From a virus (taxonomy: Duplodnaviria > Caudoviricetes), in the IMG/VR virus record IMGVR_UViG_3300028591_000082: DNA of 64,000 bases; one strand, written 5' to 3'. This document shows, in pieces, positions 37,574 to 47,200 of this stretch. Each line of letters opens with the position of its first letter. Position 1 is the first letter of the stretch. The notes beneath the pieces are model-generated. The model was not told where the DNA came from. It saw only the letters and a program-made list of their open reading frames with translations, and ran no database searches. The translations under genes were made by a program, and so were the position numbers.

Positions 37574-39456
37574 TGAATTCGACACAAAGAAAACTTTATT
37601 CACAAGCAATACTTGATGCAATATCTTCTCTAGAAAATGATCTTTCATCTATAACTGGGCAGGCAGATAATGCTAAAAATGATATGAATGATCCAACAAA
37701 AGATGATTATATGGTTAGAGAAAAAACATATGAACTTGCTTCTCAATATTCTGGTACAAAAAACGAAATGCAAATTATAGAAGGAAGCACATTTAAAAGT
37801 GGCAAAGAATATGAGGTATCTCTTCTTAATGGCGGTAATATAAATTATGGTGATTATATTTATGGTAGACCATATGTAACAACAAAAGACTCTGTTGGAA
37901 TTTATCAAAACTGGTTTTATAGATATGGTGAGGCTAACAATAGAGATAAAAAATTTAAATCAGATAAATTTTATGATTCAAAAGATATAAGTCCAGAAAG
38001 TGATAACACAGAATTTGCTCCAAATCTAAAGCCTTGGGAATATATTCAGCAAAATGAAAACCAAGGTTTTATACATGAATTATCTGCTTATATTGGTAGT
38101 TATAATATAATAACAAAAGGCATACCTCATAGTTATAGAATTGGTTATACAACTGTAACTGATAAACCAAAATCTATAACTATAAAAGAGATGCCAGTTG
38201 GACAGGAAAGATATAATTATTACAAATATTCATTTACTGGAAAAAAAGTATCAGAAGGTAGTTGGAATTCTAGCGTAAAAAATGAATACTGGACTGGAAC
38301 ACTTCCGCCATATTCAATAATAGCATTATTTACAGAAGATGAAAGTAAAATTTGTTTTGCAGAAATAGAATATTGTACAGCTACTTGGGAAACTGTAACA
38401 GAATATGAAACATATTGGACTACTGTTTCTAATTCTATGCCATCTGGCGGATGCCCAAGTGGATATAGCTCAACTAGTCAAGTATCTAGTCAAAGACCAA
38501 TTTATTATAAAGTTTATAAAATAGATATGAGGTTTAGAATTGTATCTGATGTTCCATATTATGTTGTAAATGAACCTTATAATACCATTCAGTGGGTTAA
38601 CGGAATACCAACCGTAGTTACTCTTTATAAAGAAGTTCATAAATATTATGACTTTTATCCAATGAAAAAAATTTCAATTGGGGCAAGTTATAGAAGACTA
38701 TTTTCTGAACAAATACAAAAACTAATAAGAGAAAGACTTTTACAACTTTATAGATGCTGCACTGATGAAGGTGGAATAAAGAAATACAATGAATTTGTAA
38801 AAACATACTCAATAGCTTTAAATAACTCAAATTATAATACTGTTTGGAATAATATACCATCTGTACTTTCTTATATTAGATATAGGAATGCTCAATGTCA
38901 TGATGTATGGTCTGATAGATTAATAGCAGAAGAATTAAATGAAGTACTTGAGGATAGATTGGATAAATCTGGTGGAAGTCTTAAACAATGGTATGAGAGT
39001 GCAGTTAGCGTTGATAAAATGGAAAGAGATTATTATGCAAAACTCAAGAAAAAGAAGGGAATGTTCAAAAAACTTTTGGTTCAGCAGCCAGCAGAAGAGT
39101 TTGAAAGCGGAAATCAAATTATAATAGATTATAATTGCTCTGTTTATTATAGTTATTCTCTTGGAAAGTATCCACAATTCAATGTTGGTGATACTGTATA
39201 TGTAAGAGATGAAGAAAATAATGAAACAATGTGTACTATAATAAAAAAAGATCTTATTGAAATAAATGATAAAGCTGAAGTTCAATATGAAGAAGTAAAA
39301 CATAGTGATGGTAAAGTTGAGCAAGTTGCAAAAACAGATAATAATGGAGAACCTATTACTATATATACAAAGAAAAAAGCTTGGCAATTAACATTTAATG
39401 GAAATATACCAACAATTTATGATCCAGATACAATGTGTATTATAAAGGAACTGTAA
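37573..39456 (+). CDS. putative virion structural protein
   Basis: 627 aa, coupled to the previous gene and directly upstream of gp25. Confidence 0.6.
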   Translation: MNSTQRKLYSQAILDAISSLENDLSSITGQADNAKNDMNDPTKDDYMVREKTYELASQYSGTKNEMQIIEGSTFKSGKEYEVSLLNGGNINYGDYIYGRPYVTTKDSVGIYQNWFYRYGEANNRDKKFKSDKFYDSKDISPESDNTEFAPNLKPWEYIQQNENQGFIHELSAYIGSYNIITKGIPHSYRIGYTTVTDKPKSITIKEMPVGQERYNYYKYSFTGKKVSEGSWNSSVKNEYWTGTLPPYSIIALFTEDESKICFAEIEYCTATWETVTEYETYWTTVSNSMPSGGCPSGYSSTSQVSSQRPIYYKVYKIDMRFRIVSDVPYYVVNEPYNTIQWVNGIPTVVTLYKEVHKYYDFYPMKKISIGASYRRLFSEQIQKLIRERLLQLYRCCTDEGGIKKYNEFVKTYSIALNNSNYNTVWNNIPSVLSYIRYRNAQCHDVWSDRLIAEELNEVLEDRLDKSGGSLKQWYESAVSVDKMERDYYAKLKKKKGMFKKLLVQQPAEEFESGNQIIIDYNCSVYYSYSLGKYPQFNVGDTVYVRDEENNETMCTIIKKDLIEINDKAEVQYEEVKHSDGKVEQVAKTDNNGEPITIYTKKKAWQLTFNGNIPTIYDPDTMCIIKEL

Positions 39457-39469
39457 AAAAGTTAAAATT

Positions 39470-39814
39470 ATGAGCGAAAGAGGTCTTGTAATTGGAGAAG
39501 GAAAAGGAATTAGTTTTTCCAGTACAGAAGATAAATTAATTCTTGAAAATGTTAAAAGAATACTTCTCACAAAAAGAGGTGAAAGAGTCAAAGAACTTGA
39601 ATTTGGTTCGGATATAAGAGAATATCTTTTTCTTCCAGAAATGAGGATTGATGATATTTTAACAGAAGCAAAGAATAGTATAGAGAGATGTGAACCAAGA
39701 GTAAAAGTTTTAGAGGCAAAACTTATCTATTCTCAAGACGAAGAGTTTAAAATACAAATAACGCTAAAAAAAGTTTCTGATGATAAAATAATTTCAGGTG
39801 AAATAGGATTATAG
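39470..39814 (+). CDS. gp25: baseplate wedge subunit (gp25/GPW-like)
   Basis: ILLTKRGERV..EFGSDI..YLF...IERCEPRV. Confidence 0.92.
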   Translation: MSERGLVIGEGKGISFSSTEDKLILENVKRILLTKRGERVKELEFGSDIREYLFLPEMRIDDILTEAKNSIERCEPRVKVLEAKLIYSQDEEFKIQITLKKVSDDKIISGEIGL

Positions 39815-39822
39815 GAGTAATA

Positions 39823-42800
39823 ATGGCTACACAAAGATTAACAGAACTTCCAAATATATTATATGAAGGAATTAATTATGATAATACATTAGCAGAAATG
39901 CTAGAGATTATAGAAAATAATCCAAATTGGAAAGACAATTGGACCAGCTATTATAATAGTGAAGCTGGTTCTATGCTTACACAGCTTATGGCTTGGATTT
40001 CTGATAATCTAGGTGTAAAACAAGACCTTATTTATAATGAAATGTTTATAGGGACAGCCCAATCAGATGATAGCAGAATAATGCATCTTAATCAAATTGG
40101 CTATACTCCAACAATGGCAAAGTCTGCAAGAGGAAAAGTACAAATTGATGTTAACTCATTTTCACAGACAGATATAATTCTTACACCAAGAAGAGACGTA
40201 GATGAAGATATTTCAGAACGCGTAAGCAATATTTTTAGATTTAAGGGAAAAAATATTAATGGCGATGAAACAGATTATGAAATTCTTCAGTATAATAATG
40301 GTAAGCCAGACTATATGAGTGAAGTAGCACTTACTGGTGGTTATACAAGTTTTGATGCAGATATAAATGGTAATGTTATTTATGCATATGAAGGAACTAC
40401 AATATATGAAGAGTTCTATTCTGAAACAAGTGATGGCCCAGTATTTGAAATTTCAAATGAAAATATAGATGATAATACTATCAGAGTATATGATGTAACT
40501 GATAACAACCTTGAATTTTATAAAGTTTCATCATTTATAGATATAGATGCTAAAAATGATAATAAACCAGTTCCATATGTAATAGAATACACAACTGATA
40601 AGAAGTATAGAATAAGATTTGCTTCAAAAGGCGTAATGACATATGGTGGTTCAACTAATTATGGAAGACTATTCCCAGCTGGACATACAATTGGTGTAAT
40701 ATATAGAACAACGTCAGGAAATCTTGGTAATTCGCCTATAGGATTTTTGAAGGCAACTGTAAGCGTAAAGAACAGAAATGGTGATATAGTTCAGATAACA
40801 GTAAATAATACTGAAGCATGTCAAGGTGGTGCAGACCAAGAAACAATCCAAGATGCAGTTCTTAATGCTCCGTTGTCTTTAAGAACAATGGACAGAGCTG
40901 TAACACCTGATGACTTTGACTATATTCTAGGAAAAAATACAAGTATACTAAAAATTAAAACTTATACACCTTCTAACCAGCCAAATAATTTTAAATCTTA
41001 TTTTGGTAGAAATATAAATCCTCAGGAAGCATTTGCTTTTGTTGCATTAAAGAAAAATTATGAAGGCGTACCTACTTCTGAATATAAAAACTTCCCTTGG
41101 ATTACAATGAATAAAGAACAGGTTTTAAATGAAGAATACTGTTTTGATGCTGGTGTATTCAATAAAGAAATTGAATATAGTAGAATGTATAGTAATTATA
41201 AAGTAAAGCTTCCAGGTGGAGAAGATGTTATATATGAAAATGCAAGAATAATTCAAATGCCAGATGATTTCTGTAATCAGATTGCAAGTGGTAATACATC
41301 TGGAATTGCAGTTAAATTAAGTATAGAAAAAAACGAAGAAGATTTCTTTGCTGATATTCCTTTCTCACTTGAATATGATTCAGAAGATTCAAGATATAAA
41401 GATGCAATGACTGTGTTTGAAGAAGAAACTGCTGAAGAAAGTACTTCTATTTTAAGAAGAACAGTTGATAAGCATGCTCAATATATATCATCTGTTGGAT
41501 TTGATAAAAACGAACCAATAAATTGTACTAATGCTACAATGATTATATATATTGATGAAAAGACTGGTGTTACAATTCCTCTTGGTGCTAGAAATAATGA
41601 ACAATGTTGGAGATTTATTACAAATCCAGAAGAAGAGCAAACAGCAAGCCCAGTTGGTTCAAGTAACGAAGGTCTTGCAAAAGCAAATGATGGAATTATC
41701 GAGATGATAAATAAGCAGTTTGTTAATTTGTATACAACAAACGCAGAGTATTCTATGTATGATGCAAATCATTCTTTACAGCTTGTTGGTCTTGACTTTA
41801 ATAGTGCAACAACAACTGCTACATCAACTAAGAATATAGCAGATGAATATAATTCTCAATTTAATAATAATACTAATATTATTATTGGTATTGGTGATGA
41901 TATATTTAGTATAAGAGTTTTAGAAGAAGTAAACGAAAACTCATTTGAAATATATCCAGATTCAATGTATGCAAGGATAGACAGAAAATACAGAAATTCT
42001 GAAAATCAAGCATTTAACGGAAATGAACTTTATAATAATGGCGTTTTGTTATATAATGAAGGAACTCCTAATTATTATATGACAATTGAAAAAACTGACT
42101 TTGGAAATTATAGTAATGGTTCTTTGGGAGATATAGCATATAAGGTAACATATGCACTTTCTAAAGCAGAACAAGCAGAATATGTTAAAATATGGGATGG
42201 AACATCATTTAACGGTATTGTTGATACTGATATTATAAATAAATTAAAATCAATAAGATTAAATGTTATAAGAAAATTTACATTTGATGAAAATTATAGT
42301 CAGACAGCAGCAAATTCATATGATTTAGCATTTGAAACACTTAATGCAAATCCACTTGAAAATGGTGCTTTGGTTATGGATTTTGAACCAAATATATTAA
42401 TTTCAGAAGATATTGGAATAAAAGCAAAGCAGTATTTTGGAACAAAATCAGTTCCTTCTGTTCAGAAGGCTGCAAGTTATTCAAAAATAGCTTCTGCTAT
42501 TTCTGATGGTAAAAAATTACATTTAAAAATAGAATCTCCTATTACTGGAAGTTCTTCTACACTTTATTTCGAAAAGCCAAATTCAAGTTCTAGAGATTTA
42601 CTTAATGATGTATTTAGACTTCCATATGTTGGACAAACAAGTGATAAGGCTATTGGTGTAAGAAAGATAGATTTGTATCTTGAAGATTCTGCTGGTGCAA
42701 TGTTTAAAAAAGATGAAGTAGCAGAAGATAGACCAAAGTCTGGATATTTTGTATTACAAGACAATGTAATAGATTCAGAAGCAAGATATAATAATATTTA

Positions 42801-44220
42801 TGCAAACTACAAACTTCAATTTATAGATACTCTTGAGCTTGGAAGTATATATGAAAACTTCTATTTAACAGGAGACCCAGATATTGATGAAGAAAACAAA
42901 CCAGAAATAATTGGAATTGAAGGTCAGAGTGTAGTTGGATATAATGATAATGGTATAACAAGGTATAAAGTTGATGAAGCAAAATCTAACTTTGATGTAA
43001 GATTTACAAGAAAACCAAAAGACACAAACTCGCTTGCTTCAATTAAGACAGATTTGGATATTCTAAAAGCAGATCTTATAAAACTTCAAACATCTCAGAT
43101 TGTTAGAGAACCAACAAATGGAGTAGTTTGCCCAGATAAATTTATTTTCTCTGTTGATAATTATGAAATGATGGAAATAAATCTTCGCTATAAGTATGAA
43201 ACTGTTGGGGATATAGATGCTGAAAGTTTTAGAGATTTGATATATAAAGCAATAACAAATTCTGGTACAGAAGCAATAAACCTTTCAAATATAGATCCAT
43301 TAATTTCTGAAAATGTTTATAATATAATAAATTATTCTTATAAATATCAGAACCAACTTGAAATTGGAAACTTTACAAAAAATTCTGATTCTAATATTAC
43401 TTTCTATCATTGTGCTGGAGCATCATATGAACAGGAAAAAGCTTTGTATGAAAAAATATTTGGAACAAAATATACTAATCCAGCTTTATTTGAATTATAC
43501 GAAGAAGAACTTGCCGATTACGAAACTGAAGATGGTGGTTTCTGCCCAAGAGAGGAAGATGATTTAAGCGAAATAAGATTAACATATAAAAAGAAAGTAG
43601 AAAAGGATAATGGAGAAATAGAGATAAGAGATCCAGATTATTATATAGAAACAGTTGCTTCAACTGGAGCAGACGGAAATATTAAGTATAAGTTTAATCT
43701 CAAAAAGACAGTAAATTCTAAATTCCCAGATGTTCCTTTCTATATTCATTTTATAAATGATAGAACTTATGCAATAGATATGGCTGGAAATAAAGTAGAA
43801 TATGATGAAGATATTTTACAAGATTATATGTATAAATATAAGATTTCTGGAACAGATATTTACTTCTTAAAACCATATTTTAGAACTTATGATATTGCTG
43901 CAACAATTCATTATAACTCAAACTTTAATCTTTCTAATATTAAAGCAGAAATTGAAAATGCAATAAACAATAATTTTGGTCTTGAAAAAGCTGAAATAAA
44001 CAAGAGTGTTTCTAAGTCAAAGATTATTAAAACAATAATGAATTGTAGTGGAGTTGAATCTGTAAATATTGAATATTTTGGTCTTGATTATACAAACCAA
44101 GATACATATCAAAATGAGATATATGAAATTCCTGCAGATTTCTATGAAATATTGTTCTTGCATGAGGATGAAGAAAACTCTCATGGAAAAATATTTAATT
44201 ATGTACAATATAATGAATAA
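39823..44220 (+). CDS. baseplate wedge protein (gp6/baseplate J-like) with large internal insertion
   Basis: N-terminal W.SY..SEAG..L..L...QD...NE.F..TA, GGADQET, RAVTPDDF, J-like C-terminus; 1465 aa. Confidence 0.88.
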   Translation: MATQRLTELPNILYEGINYDNTLAEMLEIIENNPNWKDNWTSYYNSEAGSMLTQLMAWISDNLGVKQDLIYNEMFIGTAQSDDSRIMHLNQIGYTPTMAKSARGKVQIDVNSFSQTDIILTPRRDVDEDISERVSNIFRFKGKNINGDETDYEILQYNNGKPDYMSEVALTGGYTSFDADINGNVIYAYEGTTIYEEFYSETSDGPVFEISNENIDDNTIRVYDVTDNNLEFYKVSSFIDIDAKNDNKPVPYVIEYTTDKKYRIRFASKGVMTYGGSTNYGRLFPAGHTIGVIYRTTSGNLGNSPIGFLKATVSVKNRNGDIVQITVNNTEACQGGADQETIQDAVLNAPLSLRTMDRAVTPDDFDYILGKNTSILKIKTYTPSNQPNNFKSYFGRNINPQEAFAFVALKKNYEGVPTSEYKNFPWITMNKEQVLNEEYCFDAGVFNKEIEYSRMYSNYKVKLPGGEDVIYENARIIQMPDDFCNQIASGNTSGIAVKLSIEKNEEDFFADIPFSLEYDSEDSRYKDAMTVFEEETAEESTSILRRTVDKHAQYISSVGFDKNEPINCTNATMIIYIDEKTGVTIPLGARNNEQCWRFITNPEEEQTASPVGSSNEGLAKANDGIIEMINKQFVNLYTTNAEYSMYDANHSLQLVGLDFNSATTTATSTKNIADEYNSQFNNNTNIIIGIGDDIFSIRVLEEVNENSFEIYPDSMYARIDRKYRNSENQAFNGNELYNNGVLLYNEGTPNYYMTIEKTDFGNYSNGSLGDIAYKVTYALSKAEQAEYVKIWDGTSFNGIVDTDIINKLKSIRLNVIRKFTFDENYSQTAANSYDLAFETLNANPLENGALVMDFEPNILISEDIGIKAKQYFGTKSVPSVQKAASYSKIASAISDGKKLHLKIESPITGSSSTLYFEKPNSSSRDLLNDVFRLPYVGQTSDKAIGVRKIDLYLEDSAGAMFKKDEVAEDRPKSGYFVLQDNVIDSEARYNNIYANYKLQFIDTLELGSIYENFYLTGDPDIDEENKPEIIGIEGQSVVGYNDNGITRYKVDEAKSNFDVRFTRKPKDTNSLASIKTDLDILKADLIKLQTSQIVREPTNGVVCPDKFIFSVDNYEMMEINLRYKYETVGDIDAESFRDLIYKAITNSGTEAINLSNIDPLISENVYNIINYSYKYQNQLEIGNFTKNSDSNITFYHCAGASYEQEKALYEKIFGTKYTNPALFELYEEELADYETEDGGFCPREEDDLSEIRLTYKKKVEKDNGEIEIRDPDYYIETVASTGADGNIKYKFNLKKTVNSKFPDVPFYIHFINDRTYAIDMAGNKVEYDEDILQDYMYKYKISGTDIYFLKPYFRTYDIAATIHYNSNFNLSNIKAEIENAINNNFGLEKAEINKSVSKSKIIKTIMNCSGVESVNIEYFGLDYTNQDTYQNEIYEIPADFYEILFLHEDEENSHGKIFNYVQYNE

Positions 44221-44255
44221 AAGTTAAATATAAATCTTTTTTCATTGGAGTAAAA

Positions 44256-47200
44256 ATGACATTTAACACGCCAAACGTTGATACAATTCTTGAGACATTA
44301 GTATGTAATAACGCACTCATTAATTCTCTTAGAGAAAATGGTGCGCTTATTACTAAAGAAAAACTTCTTGAAGAGTATCATATATCTGTAATGAAACAGG
44401 CGGTTATTGACGCAAATTTCAAAAACGTACAGGCAATGCAAGATTTGGCATTGCTTATTTTAGAAAATGAAGAACACATAAGAAAAGAATCAATTTGGCA
44501 ATTAACAGCAGAGGAATTCTTATTTAAAGAAATAAGAGAAATATTTGGAATTTCAAAAGCAAAAGACAATCTTTATCAATCAATATTTTATTGCTATAAA
44601 TATTGTTATGTTTCATCATTCTTCCAAAATAACGCAGATAAATTTGTACCTCAATGTGATATAGATGAAATAAAAAATAATCCAGCTGCAGATGCATTTC
44701 TTGATGCTATGCTTAAGGAATTTGATAAAATAAGCAGATTGCTTGATGAAACAAAAGATTATCTTGATTATGATAAAATACCTTGGGATTATATAGTATA
44801 CTTAACTCAACTTCTTGGTCTTGAAAAAGATTATCTTAATATAGATGACACAGAAGAAGCTTATTATAGAGAGCTTGCAAAGAACATTCTTGATATTTAT
44901 AGAGTAAAAGGTACAAATTATTCTTTCCAGTTATTCTTTAATTTTCTTGGAATTGAAATAGAAATACATGAATTCTTCTTTGATAGAAGATATTATTACT
45001 CAAAGTATCCTCAGCAAAATGAAGAAACTGGTACATCTGATAAATTCTCAAAGGATTTTTATTTAACAACAATAAACCCATCATATAATTTAAATCCAAA
45101 TTTCAGTACTTCTGAAATTATTAATTTAAGTGATTTTTCAGAGCAACAGAATCTTAAGGATTTTGAAGAACTTGTTTCTGAATATGGTCTTGAAGCTGTT
45201 CTTGGATATTCTGATTATGATAAGAATGGTGAAAAATACGAAGGAAAAGTATATAAATATTTTAAAACAAATTATATTTACTACTATGCTTCGTCACTTG
45301 GAAATAGAGCAAACCTTACTGGAAAACAAATAAATTCTCTTTCTAAATATCTAGACTTTCTTACACCTATTTTTGTAATGAGGGATATTAAGACTATTGC
45401 TTACTCTATAAGTGGAGATTCTGATTTTATAGCATTTAATGGTGGCGGAGATAGAAAATATGGAGCTCTTATAGATGGAACATTTGAAGGTTTCCAGATG
45501 CTTGATAGTGAGTGTTGGGATACTGTAAATAAGGATCTTTATACAACAATTAATGATAATAATGAGATAGTTTATTACTCAAAAAATGGACAAGAAATAA
45601 AGTATAAAAACTCATTACCTACTTGGAATGATGTTGATACACTTACATTTAGACAACCTCTTGATTTTGGATATATTAGTATTTTTACAAGTAGATATCT
45701 TGGTCCAGAAAAACAAATAAATGATAGCACAAATAGGATTCAAAAGAGTTGTCCAAGAAGAGTAAAATTTTATTCATACGATGATGGAAGTGGTAGAGTA
45801 TATAAATATTCTACACCTAGAAGGGTTAGCTTAGATGTTTCAAAAACTGATGTAAGCACAGAAAAAATAAATGGATATTCTAAAATAAATAGTACAAAAG
45901 GTAAAGATGACCCATCAACAGTAAGAAATAGAATAGAAGAAAATGAATATTACAAAGAAATAAAATACGTTATAGACTCTGAAGGTAAAGATGTTAATCT
46001 TTTGCTTGATGGTAAACTAAGCCTAGAAAACTCTAATAACATAAGTAAATTCGAAGAATTAAATAAATGTAGTTGGAAAGAATATTTACTTCCATATGAT
46101 ATAAAAATGTTGAAAACAACAATGTATAGTCAGGAAGTAAATGGAACAACTATTGGAAATGCTGGTATAATATATCCAGCAGAATTAGAAACAAGTGCTG
46201 AAAAAATATTAAATTCATTTAATATAGTTTTATTTACTGGTCAAAAAATAACTAACCCAAGAAATGAAGCTGAAAGATACCTTAATAGTATATATGTAGA
46301 TATAGGAAAAATAAGAAAATATTTAACAGTTGGGGATTGCTTTGTAAAACTTGAAAGTGGAAAATTTAATGTATATAGATGCCAGTATGCAAATAAAAAA
46401 GTTTGGTGGCTTTCTAAACTTTTCCCAGATGTAATTGATTCAAATAACATACCGCATAGAGACTCAAATAATAATATACAACTTAGTGGAAATTATAGAA
46501 ATGAAAGAAATTTCACAAACGCTCTTAAAAATTTCTATACTATATGCCAAAGAGGAAATGTAGATATAGATAGATATTCTCATTTATATAAAGTTGGCGG
46601 TTCAAGTGGGTATTATTATGCTCCTACTCAAGTTTATACAGAAATATATAATGAGGATATATCAAAACCATCTGGACTTGTACGTCATAGCGATAGAACA
46701 AAAGGATGGTATATTGGTAAAAAAGATGATGTTGGAAAAACATTCTTCGAGGGAATAAATATAACATATAGCAATGGAAATCTCTTAGAAAATGCTGCAG
46801 ATAATAATATGAGATATATCTGTTTCTGGGATAGACAGATAGGTGATCTTATATATGATGAATATGATGGAAAAATTTATTGTGTGTGCAATTATGGACC
46901 AAAAGGTCTTGTTGAAATAAAATTTAACGGAACAGTAAAAAAAGTAGGTAATAATTATAGACTTTATGAATATGATGAGTTCTGGAAAGGATATGATGAA
47001 GAAGCTGATTCTGACGATTTTATAGCTTATAATAATGAACATATTATAAATTGGAATGAACTTGGAATTTATGGATATAAATGGCATAGACCAACAAAAC
47101 CATTTACAGATAGACTTTATGATAACTTAGATAATTTCAAAAATCAATTTAACGAAAAGCTTTTTGAAATAATAAGTGATACAAAAGGCGAAAAATCTTT